Source: Octopus sinensis
Taxonomy: Eukaryota
Assembly (NCBI RefSeq): GCF_006345805.1
Contig: NC_043001.1
Span: 74,710,001-74,774,000 of the forward strand
Direction of reading: 5' to 3'
Length of the DNA: 64,000 nucleotides
Part shown: positions 1 to 12,519 of the stretch, piece by piece
How the letters are laid out: every line of letters starts with the position of its first letter
How positions within the stretch are numbered: the first letter of the stretch is position 1
Translations under genes and position numbers: made by a program
Notes under the pieces: model-generated
What the model saw: only the letters and a program-made list of their open reading frames with translations
What the model was told of the DNA's origin: nothing
Databases searched by the model: none

Positions 1-118
1 TTTGGTCGGCTCGAGGGTATAGTAGAAGACACTTGCCCAAAGGGCCACGCAGTGGGACTGAACCCGGAACACTGTGGTTGGTAAGCAAGCTACTTACCAC
101 ACAGTCACTCCTGCGCCT
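1..118 (-). mobile_element. tRNA-derived SINE family 1, 5' part
   Basis: Reverse complement matches the head of the copy at 13641 (A-box-like TGTGTGG, B-box-like GGTTCAGTCC, then TTGGGCAAGTGTCTT). Confidence 0.85.
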
Positions 119-395
119 GAGCGAAACCTGTTCGTGGCGCAAAGAAGATGAGGGATCGATGTTCTCCTTTATATAACTGGTTCAGCCAATTCGTTTCTTG
201 CAATAAAATTTCCTTAGAATGACTTTAACTTTCATTTTTTTTTTTAATAAAATACTGACATATAAAGAACTGATGTTAATCCAAATTATAATTCTTTTTC
301 TGAATGTTTCTCAGCCTTGTGTTCAGACCAAATATGTCTTTGATGTTATAATTTCATGCTTGCTTGTTGAAGTGAATGTTCAATTCAATTTACAG

Positions 396-538
396 ACTGG
401 TTTAAGAATATTTATTTCCCAACATTAAGAGAACGAATGAGCGAAACTTATGAAATGGCTGTGAGTCAACTAGAATCTAAGGGAGTAACAGTGTACCGTT
501 CCAGTGGAGGGTTCTTCATTTGGGCAAACTTCTGTAAG
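396..538 (+). CDS. ACCS: ACCS-like (ACC synthase-like, class I/II PLP aminotransferase fold) internal exon
   Basis: ttacag acceptor at 390-395 and gtgagt donor at 539. The 143-nt exon reads (D)WFKNIYFPTLRERMSETYEMAVSQLESKGVTVYRSSGGFFIWANFCK, matching the DW..YLP and GFFIW.D motifs of animal ACCS. Not in the ORF track. Confidence 0.85.
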
Positions 539-701
539 GTGAGTTATATATAAAAATAAAAATAATAATAAGTCATTTGTTATAGACACAGTGAAAGCAC
601 GTGATGAAAATAAGACTACTGAATAATAATAACAATATTAATAATGATAATAATAATAATGATGATGATGATGATGATAATAATAATAATAATAATAATA
701 A

Positions 702-733
<32 letters not shown>

Positions 734-761
734 GATGAAGAAGAAGAAGAAGAAGAAACAG

Positions 762-1120
762 ATCAGTGCGAAAAACAGGATAACAGGTATCATCACTCTA
801 ACCGTCCCAGTTATAAGTTACAGCTACAATATTCTTAACTGGACTCTAAATGAACTAATCAGAATAGACAGGAAAACGAGTAAACTAATGACAAGATTTA
901 TGATGCACCACCCAAAATCTGACATAGAAAAGTTATATATACAACATATGGAAGGTGATAGATGCCTTAAACAGCTAGAAAACCACTACAAAATAACCAC
1001 CATAGGACTACAGACCTACTTGAGAAGCAAAGAAAACTATTACAAATAGCCACAAAATAAAACTCTGTTTTCTGTCGTTAAGGAAATACAAAAATACAAA
1101 AAAGAAGTCATAGTACCTAT
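762..1120 (+). mobile_element. R4/Dong-type LINE fragment (RT thumb region), intronic
   Basis: VPVISYSYNILNW...IDRKTSKLMTRFMMHHPKSDIEKLY is homologous to 45860-46160; it follows a TAA/GAT/GAA tract. Confidence 0.8.
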
Positions 1121-1725
1121 CATCATCATTGTTCGACCGTGGTCGAGACAATGGAATTTACCATGCTACGCCAGACTTCACGGTCCATCATGGCATTACG
1201 GAGGTCCTGTTGCTGGATGCCTGTATCCCTGGAGATTACATCAGGGTAGGAGAGTGTGCGCCCTCTGGTATTGCGAGTAGATGGCTTCCAGAGGAGAAGA
1301 GTAGAAATTACCTCTTTTTCAGCTCTACAACAATGTCCAGCAAACTGGACTCTCTTACACTCCACAAGAGATGACAAAGGTGGTAGTTTCCCATATATTT
1401 GCATTTTGGTTGGATGGCGCTTCCACGAGAGATTTTGAGCTCTCATAAGGAGGCAAGTGTAGGTTCCATCCAACCGCCTCTCAAGCTTCTTTGATAACGT
1501 CCAGGTTTCTGAGCCATATAGTAGAATTGGTTCGACTGTAGCTTTGAAGATTTCAAGTTTGAAGTCTCTACTTAGATTTGATGACCAGATCTTATGAATG
1601 TCATTACAGGCTGATCAGGCCATACCCTTTCTAGTTAGAAAGTCTTTTCCCGATGATAATATGTATGACCCAAGATATTTGTAATCAGAAACCATATTTA
1701 AGGGCGCATTGTTGAAATAAAACCA
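1121..1725 (-). mobile_element. RTE-clade LINE 3' fragment
   Basis: YKYLGSYI, TVEPILLYGSETW and RVQFAGHC RT C-terminal motifs; ends in a (GAT)n tail at ~1121. Confidence 0.8.
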
Positions 1726-2942
1726 AGAAGAGACAGAGGCTTGGGTCAATGTTCGTGGTGGCATGGCGAGACCCATTCCTGTAGAGAATGGTATTAAGCA
1801 GGGTGACATCCTTGCCCCCAACTCCCTTTTTTTTGTACTTTGCTGCTGCTTTTACTCATGCTTTTGCTAAGGTTAGCTCTCTGGGAACATATGTTAAGTA
1901 GCGATCTTCTGGCCGCCTCTTCAATCTTATTCGTCACCTCCTTTATGCAGATGACTGTGACTTAGTCACTCATACAGTGGATGACATGCAAATATTTATC
2001 AATCGTATTTCTGCTTCTTGCAAGGCATTTGGACTCAGCATTAGCCTGGACAAGTCTATTGTAATGTTCCAGCCTGCACCAGGAAATTCATATGTGGAAC
2101 CAGCTATCTTGGTTGAAGGAACAATACTGAAGCACACGCAGCCGTTCTTGCTCTCTGGATGATGAAATATATTTCAGGTTGCAGAAAGTAACTGATTCCT
2201 TCCGGTCTCTTCAGTCTCGTGTCTGGACCCAGCATGGCATCACAAGGCAATCAAAAATTGCTTGTGTACCGTGCATGTGTACTGACATCGCTCCTTTACT
2301 CATGTAATACACGGACCCTTTACAAGAGTCACGTAAGGGTCCTTGAACGCTTTCATCAGAGATGTCTTAGACACATTCTGAATATTGGCTGGACTTTAAA
2401 AACTCCAGACATACAGGTCCTGAGAACAGCTGATATCTTGAGTATTGAAGCGATGGTGCACAAGTACCGGTTATGTTGGACTGGATACCTTATTAGAATG
2501 AAGGATAACAGGATTCCTAAACAGACGCTATATAGGGAACTTGTAAGTGGAAAGAGACCCCAGCAGAAACCAATGTTGCAATTTAAGGACTGTATCAAAT
2601 CTTCATTAAAGGCCTGTGATATGCAGGAAACTTACTGGAAGAGCAATGCCTGTCATTGTCACAGATGGAGGAAGCAGGTTAAGGAGGAGTTCGGCACCTT
2701 TGAGAGAGCACGTATTCTACAGAAGAATTTAAGCGGGCTGCTCGAAAGCGCACTGCTAGTGAAGTAAATGGAGAAAGCTTGGTCTGCAATGTTTGCAGTC
2801 GTGTATGTTTGTCAAGAGCAGGGCTCATTAGCCACCAACGGAACCACAAATGCAAAATATAAGTTAGTCCTAAAGCACACAATATTCCTAAAGGTCAGCA
2901 ATGATCTTTCTCCGTCATGAGTCGACGACCATCATCATCATG
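1726..2942 (+). mobile_element. RTE (BovB-like) LINE 3' fragment, frameshifted
   Basis: GIKQGDILAP, LLYADD, VYRACVLTSLLY, FHQRCLRHIL and RMKDNRIPKQ motifs; terminal C2H2 finger CNVCSRVC...HQRNH; (CAT)n tail at ~2930. Confidence 0.85.
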
Positions 2943-3616
2943 TATGTATGTACACACACACATACACACACACACATACGCACTCACACGCACGCATAAG
3001 TGCCAGTTGAAGCGTCAATGTTATCACCATATTCATTATTTATAATGTTCTTAAATAGTAAAACAGGTCCATATTTATAAGGTAATACACACTGCCGGGA
3101 ACCGAATCCATATTCTATATTTGTAATCACGATGTATAACTGCAAATACAATGAGAAATCAATATACCAACGTACAAATATGTCATATTTAAATTTTATT
3201 TAGCAGCTGGAATTGTTCCTCTTCATGTCTTCAATAAAACTAAGGTCAAACTCATTAAGCTAATAATTTTGTCTCTTCTCATGGTGATGATAATTTAATT
3301 TAAATATATATTTATTCGTTTTACTTTCTATATTCTTGTACGAACGAGTTCAATTGATTCTTATAGTAATAGTCTTTAACATAATTTAACTTGCAGCTCT
3401 GAAAGGATGAAAGGCAAAGTCGACCTCAGCAGAATTTGAACGTTAAGTGTTTCGCCCAACGTTCATTCTTTCTTGACAAGAACAGAGCCTAAAATCATTA
3501 ATTTAATAATTAAAAGAATAACTAGTTAAATATTTATGATCACTATATTCCTTAGCTTCCACACTAAAAAAAGAAATATGTAAATGTATTTATAAAGAAT
3601 ATTTCATTCGTTTCAG

Positions 3617-3770
3617 TTTATGAAAGAAGATACTTTCGAATGTGAAATGGAACTTTTTAAAACTTTCTTCGAACACAAAGTTTTCTTTTGTGGTGGAAGA
3701 ATTTCTTACTCAAAGGAACCAGGCTGGTTTCGTATTATTTTTACCCGGAAGATGCCTATTCTAAAAGTTG
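3617..3770 (+). CDS. ACCS: ACCS-like penultimate coding exon
   Basis: tttcag acceptor and gtaagt donor at 3771; phase 0 start fits the previous exon. FMKEDTFECEMELFKTFFEHKVFFCGGRISYSKEPGWFRIIFTRKMPILKV contains the EPGWFR motif with the carboxylate-binding Arg of ACC synthase-like proteins. Confidence 0.9.
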
Positions 3771-3785
3771 GTAAGTATTCAATTG

Positions 3786-3856
<71 letters not shown>

Positions 3857-3859
3857 GTA

Positions 3860-3926
<67 letters not shown>

Positions 3927-4119
3927 TGTATGTATCTATCTGTCTCTGTATATCTTTTACCGTTTATCTTTTAGTTGTTCCAGTCATTAGACTGCAGCCA
4001 TTCTGGGGCACCGCCTTGAAGAAATTTAGTCGAACGAATTAACCTCAGTACTTATTTGTTTTAAAGCCTGATACTTATTTTGTTGGTGTCTTTTGCTGAA
4101 ACGTTAAGTTACGAATACG

Positions 4120-4745
4120 TCATTCCTAAGTTCGACCTTCCAGTTCGTGGCCAGAGCTAAGTCTTGCGCTGCCAGTATAGTGCTCTCGGTCTCTTTTTTA
4201 GTGTTTCTTTCATCAGCGAATCCACCTATTTTTTCCAGCAACTTCTGTTGCATGGAATTAATCGTGTAATCCCTTCTTGCGTAATTCTTTTTCGTGTCCT
4301 TTTTGCACTTCTTCCTTTGGTTTTCCTTTTTTCTCTGCTTTCAATACTCTCTCGTTCCTAACTGTCACCAGCAAAGTTTCCTTACTTTGGGCTAGGTATC
4401 TCATTAAGCTCTCGAGTTCGATACGCACGCAGTCTTCCACATTTATCCTCTATTTGCTCTTTTCACGTATAGGCGATCTCTGACCGCAAGTGGATGATGG
4501 GCACTATGCATCGTTAGAAGCTTTCTACACTTTCTGTCCATCTCCTTTAGCTCCCCCTCTGTTCGCTTCAGAACTCCAGCGCCATACCGAACTACTGCGA
4601 TTGCGCGCGAGCTCATTGCCGAAATTATGTTTCTGGCATTTTTGTTTTGAAGCCAATATTTTTCTCATTCGCCACAGGTACTCTCTTTTTGTCTTTTCCT
4701 TCATGTCAAACAGCAAAACTGTCGTATTAACACAAGAAACAGTTA
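4120..4745 (-). mobile_element. Degenerate R4/Dong-type LINE fragment in the last intron
   Basis: Minus-strand EDCVRIE..SL..Y and LKKETESTILAAQD motifs. Confidence 0.65.
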
Positions 4746-4860
4746 TGATTTCCATTATAATAACTTTCCAAATATATTGTCATTTTAATGTAACATTTCC
4801 CCATACAGTACTCTAATGATTTACTAATATTTATTCTTTTCATCTGTTTATTTTTTAAAG

Positions 4861-4901
4861 CCTTGGAACGCATTGAAAAAGTCCTGGAATTGTACGGCTA
4901 A
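4861..4901 (+). CDS. ACCS: ACCS-like terminal coding exon
   Basis: Polypyrimidine tract and ttttaaag acceptor ending at 4860. A phase-1 join gives ALERIEKVLELYG-stop (TAA 4899-4901), resembling the C-terminal helix of the family. Confidence 0.8.
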
Positions 4902-5356
4902 ATTAATTAATCGATTATTTCCGATATTGCTGAGGAAGAAAATGAAAACAACCTATGAACTCTGAATAAGATTTCATTGACATATTTCTTTTAGTTTTCT
5001 TACGTAATAATGTGTGCATTAATGTCTGCTTTTGATTGTAATCATTTGTATGGTGTGCATATAGGATAATGGTAACATGTTCCTGGGGAGTCAATTCTTT
5101 GATCTGGTTCCACTTCCTGATTTAACCATTCCACTTCATATACAATTACTAATCGTAACTTCCGTACTCAGTAGTGATAGAGACGGTAACATAGTCACCA
5201 TCCTTTAGCTTTGGATCAAAGATATGTAATCAGAAAGATGAGACACAAAAATTGAGAGACCTCATTTCTGATTTACATAATTTATGTGACATGTGATGGT
5301 TACAGTAGAGATGGTCATCTTTTCCGCGGATATGACTTGGTAGGCTCTTACAATAA

Positions 5357-5457
<101 letters not shown>

Positions 5458-5676
5458 TGTATGTATGTATGTATGTATGTATGTATGTGTGTATGTATGT
5501 ATCTATGTGTGTGTGTGTGTGTTAATGTGTATGTATTATATATGTATTATAATATGTATATTTGTATTCATATATACGTATGTATATGTATATGTATTTA
5601 GATATCTAACAAATTTTAAAGTTGTATCTCACTGACAATTGCAATTATTTCACTATAGAAACAGCTGCAAGAAACA

Positions 5677-5710
5677 TTTAAAGCGTTTGCAATCTTAGCA
5701 AAATAATAAA
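5677..5710 (+). promoter_or_regulatory. Candidate polyadenylation signals of the ACCS-like gene
   Basis: First ATTAAA (5677-5682) and AATAAA (5705-5710) that I see downstream of the stop codon; motif evidence only. Confidence 0.25.
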
Positions 5711-5924
5711 TAACAATTCCGTCAAAATATTACTACAAATATATATAGTTTGATTAAAGAGGGTGTGTTTTATGTATTGTTAGTATATGATTGCATAATC
5801 ATATATAAATGATATTCATTATATGTGTGTTTGCATGCGTATGTGTTGTATATAAGTGGATACACCATAGATAATCATATATAATCATATATATGTGCGT
5901 ATTTTTCTAGATTGCGACATTCTT

Positions 5925-6242
5925 TTTCCATGCTGGCTCAAATTATTTCAGAACATTTATAAAGAGAAGGTCTTACAGCTGTTTCAGAGAATGGTATATA
6001 CCATTCTGCTTAAATAATGGATCTGCAGATACAATATCCCTGCATATCACACATCTGTTTTATTTCCTCCACTTCACTCTCTATTTCATATCTTTTCTAG
6101 AATAGCTGTTGCTTAACCATTTTATCACACCATCTCCGATGAAGGGATATATAAAATATCCCAGAAACAGCTGTGAGACCTTCTTCTTATAAATGTTCTG
6201 AAATATTTCACAGCCTTGGCTTTTTATCTCATTCTGTTAATT
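5925..6242. mobile_element. Short inverted-repeat element with hammerhead motif (putative PLE pLTR remnant)
   Basis: Arms ~5945-5985 and ~6164-6205 are reverse complements; hammerhead-like motif at 6133-6178. Confidence 0.55.
6133..6178 (+). ncRNA. Type I hammerhead ribozyme motif, variant and probably inactive
   Basis: TCT-CCGATGA-a-GGGATAT/ATATCCC-a-GAAA-CAGCTG-TG-AGA. The cleavage triplet is GUG here but GUA in the mirror arm (5969-5985). Confidence 0.55.
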
Positions 6243-6298
<56 letters not shown>

Positions 6299-6581
6299 GT
6301 GACATTTTACAAAAAAACACAAACAAAAGACGAAGACGGGTGTGTAAACAACAAAGAGATGTATTAGTTTAACGCTCGGGAAGTGAGAAACTTTTATGTT
6401 TCGACAGAAAGGAACACAGAAATAAACAAGGAGAGAAAATAGAAAAAGGTTTACTGGCTATATATATAATAAAAAGATATATAATTTTTAAATTTCGTTT
6501 TTCCTTATAGGAATCGAAAAATACAATAAATATAGGGCTGCAAACAGAAGAGCTCAAGTAAAAAAAACTGAGGCAGAAGAC

Positions 6582-7000
6582 AAACTCAGTGGTTAAAAAA
6601 TAAACATCAGAACTGGGCAAACGACTTTATATCATCCCCATATATTCACACTGTTGAACATAAATAAATACATATCAAAATACATATTAAAATGCACTTC
6701 ACGATGAGCATTATTCTGGATTCCTTTTACTTTTAATGGCTTAACTATCTTATTCTTTCTAAATTTTTAGTCGCCTTGCTATATGTATACATCCATATTT
6801 TCTTCATACGCATTGCTCTTTAAAGGTTTTTCCAACGATTTTATGTGTATATATATGTATATTCTTATACCTTCGGGTTTTGTGTGCTGAACGCCCTGGT
6901 ATTTTGATATGTATTTATTTATGTTTAACGGTATGAATATATGGGGATGATATCAAGTTGTTTTCCTAATTCTGATGTTTATTTTTTAACCACTTAGTTT
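6582..7000. repeat. Inverted repeat with ~100-bp diverged arms
   Basis: 6582-6683 is an imperfect reverse complement of 6899-7000. Confidence 0.7.
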
Positions 7001-7009
7001 ATATATATA

Positions 7010-8045
7010 ATAAATATAAAATACATCAAGTGCAAGGACATCACCAACGAGTGAAAAATACGTAGAAATACCAAACAAAATATAATAAGAGCAGGACAAC
7101 AGCAACGGATGAAAAATGCGTAAACACAATGAGAGACAAGTACGGGACAAAATGCCGAAAGAAGTCTAACTTCTCCTCGGTTGGCTACAGTTAATTACTT
7201 CCTATTTCGAGCTTTCAACGACAAGATACGAAAACTTCATAAAACAGCAACATCCAGAAATTTCAGAAATATAAAATTTATGGAGAGTTAGAGCTTCGAA
7301 CGAACACATAACGACAGAGTGGACGTACAGAGTAAACAAACAATCGACGAAGAGAAACATTAAGCGCCGTTAAGCCATGACGCATTGTAATAGGTAACGC
7401 CTGGGAGAAATTTTGAAAGTATGCAGAATAAGTAGAAGAGAAGAAAATTGTAGAAGAGAAATAAAAGGGGGAAATGTCGGGAGGCGAGAAAAATGACGTC
7501 CAGCTATGTGCACGTCGCATCCAGAAAAGACAGATGTAAAAAAATGGCTTGTAGTCATGCAAGAGCAAACAGGTAGAGAAGGAAGACAAGAGAGAGGATG
7601 AGGTAAAAAAAACAAAGGGAGTGAGAAGAAGGGTGAAGGAACGAAAGATAGTAGGGAGTGAAAGAAAGATAGACAGGGAGCAGCAAAAAGGGAGTGGGAG
7701 AAACAGAGAATAAAGAGGATTGTAGAGGGATAGGGGAAATAAATAAAGAAATAAAGAAAGAAAGAAAGAAAGAAAGGAAGAAAGGGAAGAGTCGCAGAAA
7801 TTATAAATAAAAGTAAAAACTTGCTGTGGACAAGGCTGCGTGGCATTCGATTATAAATAAATAAGTATATATAAAGTACATCAAGTACAGGACATCACCT
7901 ACGAGTGGAAAATTCGTAAACACACGAGCGATAAATACAGAACAAAATACCAAAAAATAAGTAAGTGCAGGACATCAGCAACGAGTGAAAAATATATAAA
8001 CGCATAATGAGAGACAAGTTCGAGACAAAATACCAAAAGAAGTGT
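7010..8045. repeat. Diverged direct repeats around a purine-rich spacer (unclassified element)
   Basis: ~7010-7165 resembles ~7870-8045 (tacatcaagt..aggacatcacc.acgagtg...atgagagacaagt). Confidence 0.6.
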
Positions 8046-8794
8046 TCATGATATACAACTGGTGTCAGACAAGCTTGTGTAGCGTGCCGCGTGTTCACAA
8101 GCAATTTTAGACTCAAATACATACAATATAGTTGGTTTTTCTGGAAAATGGAGAAAGTCTGTTCGACTATGCTGTTTATACAATATGAAACTTGTAGCAG
8201 CTCGAATTTAAATTCTGTGTATATTAAATGATTTTTATCGCGCACTGGATTGAGTACTTTTATTGTTGATACCACTAATAACGAAACAACACACCATTAT
8301 ATAATATATATACATATACATACATACCTACATACATACATACATACATACATACATACATACATACATACATACATAATATTTATATATGTGTGTGTAT
8401 ATATTATATATACATATATATTCAAACGTACATGTATGTATGTATGTATGTATGTGTGCGTATGTATGTATGTATGTATGTATGTATGTATGTATGTATG
8501 TATGTATGTGTATGTATGTATGTGCGTATGTATGTATGTATGTATGTATGGACGGATGGATGTATGTATATCACTGTATCAATGCATGTACATATCATCT
8601 TCATCATGTTGGAATGTGTGTTTAACGCAAATAAGATAATATTGTACTATTTCAATAAAAGAAATTATGACATCGTCTTCCTGTGTTAGTATGTTTTTCT
8701 TTTAAATTTAAATTCCATGAGAAATATAGCAAAATACATGTAAGACCGAAAACTACGGAGAGATAGAGGTAGTACAGCAGCATGTGCGCGTGTG

Positions 8795-8835
<41 letters not shown>

Positions 8836-8956
8836 CGTGTTTGTGTGTGTGTGGATAGATAGACATTCACACATATGTATACGTAAACACATTCTTACAT
8901 ACATACGTTCATACGTACACACACATACATATTTACATACATACATACATACATGC

Positions 8957-8992
<36 letters not shown>

Positions 8993-9149
8993 AGGACGTC
9001 CGCACAATTTTCTCAACCAAATGCACTTACAAGATATTGGTTAACGCCAGTCCATAGTGCAAGACGCTTGACTAAGGTGCCCTGCAGTTGGACTGAACAC
9101 GAAACGATATATTTGCAAACCCCACCCAAATACACACACACACAAGTAC

Positions 9150-11190
9150 TCTCGGACAAACTAGGTCTGTGCACAATGACTGAAGCATGTTTTGAATTAG
9201 ATGATAACTGAAGCATGTTTTGAATTAGATGATAACTGAAGCATGTTTTGAATTAGATGATAATGTTTTGATTAGATGATAATCGGAAAGTGCCTTTTGC
9301 GTTAACAAAGCAAGTGCACGATGAAACGGACAGATTGGAAAAAAACGGAATCATTGAAAAAGTTTAAATGACTGTTTAAAAATGAGCCGTTATCCACTGC
9401 CGACCCCAGAAGATATCTTTACAAAACTAAACGGAGGAAAAATATTTTCAAAACTCGATTTGTCTGACCCATATCAACATATCAACCCATATCAACAAAT
9501 CAAAGTAGATAAAAAATGCTCAAAGCTGTTATCGATCAACACGCACAGAGGTCTATACAAATACAATATACTACCTTTTGGACTGAACGTAGCACCTGCA
9601 ATATTTCAAGAGGTGATGGGCGCGATGTTGGCAGACTGTCAATTTGCTATTCCTTACCTTGATGACGTTTTAATCAAAAGCGAATCGCAGAATGAGCATA
9701 TCGAATACGAACTTTTTTTTTTTCTTTTTTAATATTAAGGATCGAAGATGTCTTGACCCGTCGAGAGCAGACGCAATGAAGAATATGCCTCCTCCAATGA
9801 ATATACCGACATGACAAGCTTTCCTTGGCCTAGCAAATTACTGTCAACAGTACATTCCAAATATACATAAATTGAGAGCACCATTAAACTAGTTACTAAA
9901 AAAAAAGAAGTAAAATGGGATTGGTCAGCAAAGTGCCAAAACGCATTTGAAGACATAAAGAAAATACTAATTTCTGACTTGTTACTAGCGCATTTCAATC
10001 CCAGAATGGCTATCGTTGTAGCATCAGATGCTTTGAAGCATGGAGTAGGAGAAATCTTGCTGCACAAGTATAAAGATGGAAATATGAAGCCAGTAGTTCA
10101 TCCTTCACGTTCGTTGATAGCAGCGAGAAAAAAGTATAGTCAAATAGAGAAGGAAGCTCTATTGATTATTTTTGCGGCAAAAAAATTTCACAAATTTCTA
10201 CATGGTAGAAGCTTTTTGTTACAAACCTACCATCGACCTTTACTATAAATTTTTAGATCAAAGAATGAATTGCCTACCCATACAGCGAACCGACTACAAC
10301 GCTGGGGTACAATGTTGCTGAACTACAATTTTAAGATGCAGTATATTCCATCGAAGAAAATTGGTCATGCAGACTGCTTATCGAGGCTAATTCCCAACAG
10401 CGTGGAATCGCTAGAAGAGACCGTGACAGCATCATTGCAGTCAGAAAATGCAGTAAGAAGTATTGTGTGTATTATAATTTAGGAACTGCCGGTGACAGCG
10501 CATGATATATAAATGAAGTCTGTAGATGATAGTTACATTACAAGAATGAAAGAAACGTTGAAAAATAAGCATAATAAAAATACAAATTCAAATAATTTCT
10601 CACTCTGCGACGATGTCTTAATGTACGCGCGGAGAGTAGTAGTACCAAGTGCACTACAGAAACGAGTATTGCAACAATTCCATGGTAGACAGCCGAGAAT
10701 GCCCAGAATGAAACTTGAATGAGGAACTTTATATAATGGCCGACTATGGACAGGGACATTGAGAAATTGGTGAAAGCATGTAGAGGTTGCGCGTTGGCAA
10801 CTGAAGCACCACCAGTAAAATACCATTCACGACCGGAGACTGAAAGCCCATTATCCAGGATACATATCGACTACACTGGACCAGTGAACAGCGCATACTA
10901 TCTAATTGTTGTGGATAGAGTTATGCAGCTGTAATAAACCCGCAGCAAGGACAACAATAAAGTTCATGCTGGAGTTATTTGCTCGATACGATGTTCCAGA
11001 TACGTTAGTTTCAGATAATGGAACACAATTCACGGGATGTGAATTGAGACATTTCTGCAAAATGCATGCCATAAAGCATATCTTAAACCGGCCCTGTCAC
11101 CCGAGGTCAAATGGGCAGGCGGAAAGATTTGTCGACACATTCAAAAAGTCTCTAAGAAAAGCTAGGAACGAGCTAGATAATGACGAGGTA
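9150..11190 (+). mobile_element. Ty3/Gypsy LTR retrotransposon pol remnant (RT-RNase H-integrase)
   Basis: YPLPTPEDIF, FSKLDLS, LPFGL..APAIFQ and YLDD (RT); VVASDA and YSQIEKEAL (RNase H); CRGC, RIHIDY, VSDNGTQF and HPRSNGQAERFV (integrase). Many stops and frameshifts; no LTRs seen. Confidence 0.92.
9179..9282 (+). repeat. 28-bp tandem repeat, 3 copies plus a partial
   Basis: actgaagcatgttttgaattagatgata at 9179, 9207 and 9235, inside the Gypsy pol. Confidence 0.9.
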
Positions 11191-12457
11191 GTAACGGTGA
11201 ATAAATTGTCATCTAAATTACGTAAAAGTGAAAATAACACTGACATTTCATTTTAACAGATATCTTTACCAAAATTACATTTAAATGTCTTGAAATACTA
11301 AAGGGTAAATTTATTCAATAAAATCGCCATTAGCTTCAACCACAGCCTCCAGGCGACTTGGAAATCTCCTGCAACTCTCCTGTACAGTTTCCTGTTAAAG
11401 TTAGTGAATGCTATCATAATCCTTGCCTTCACTCTATCTTTGGTATTACAAGGAGTTTTGATGGTCTTTCGCTCAACTGTGCCCCACACATAATAATCAA
11501 GGGTTTGCAGTCAGGGGAGTTAGGTGGCCAGATGTTAGGGGTGATGTGGTCACAGAAATTGTCTGATCGCCATGACTAGGTTTCCCTGCTTGTGTGGCAT
11601 ATTGCAGAGTCCTGTTACCACACAGGGTCTTTCAGCAGCCACTCTCTTGACCCAGAGCAGTACTACCTCCTCTCGGCACTTGATGTAGGCCTCCGTGTTG
11701 AGGCTGAGACCGTGTGGGAAGATGAATGGAGGCATAATGTCGCCATCACAAGTGATCACTCCAAACAACATGATGTTGACTGGATGCTTGATATTTATCA
11801 CTCTCGGTACATGTTTCTGGGACTCGGCAAGCCAACCGTTGCTCTGTATTCTCTGTCTGACCTTGACAGAATTTTTTCTCGTTTGAGAAAAACCAAAGTA
11901 TGTTCCGTTGGAGGAGATGCTTGAGTTTGTTCAAAGGCTTCGTGGCGCAGTCTTTCCTCTTGTCTTTTCTCATTTTGTATGAGGAATACCGAATGTTTTC
12001 ATGAACTACCTGCTTAATAAGAAACTCATCCGCTCCCATGTCCCACGTGATGAACCTGGAGTGACTTGGAGTGGTTGTTGTCAATCACGGCCTTGATCTC
12101 ACCGACAAATTCAGGAGTTCTTTTCTTATCAGAACGATCAGAGTGAATTTTCCGAGTTGCCTTACCTTCGTAATCACCATTAGACGCATCCAACTCTTTC
12201 CGAATTCTCTGCTCTATCTTCAGATTGACACTCAAACTCTCTGAAATGTTAGTATTTGAACTTTCGGCGCGAATGCCAAGCAGTACATGTCGTTTCCAAA
12301 TTTCTGGCAGAGTAAATTGCGTCATTGTGCTGCTTTTCTCACAGACGGTGCCCAAATGACCCTAGCATATGGTGTAGTCAACAAAATCAAAAACAAACAA
12401 TGTGCATGTGCAAAATAAAAAATATAAAATGGCGGCAATTTACCCACCGTACCCAGT
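11190..12457 (-). mobile_element. Tc1/mariner superfamily transposon, maT/DD37D-like, degenerate
   Basis: Minus-strand WFFSNEKKF, KHPVNIMLFGVI and WPPNSPDCKPLDYYVWG (third catalytic residue D in an SPD.NPLDY-type motif). Imperfect TIRs acggtgaataaattgtc / ggcaatttacccaccgt. Confidence 0.85.
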
Positions 12458-12519
12458 ATATTAATCGAAGTGTACAGTTATATATATACCCATTACAGCT
12501 GATCTTAACCGGTTTGCTT

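Noticed and set aside
3620-4042. 140-aa ORF as a complete protein
   Set aside because: Only 3617-3770 is exonic; the rest reads through the splice donor into (CT)n/(TA)n/(GA)n.
9179-9282. 28-bp repeats as a CRISPR-like array
   Set aside because: No spacers; it is a simple tandem duplication within Gypsy pol in a eukaryotic context.
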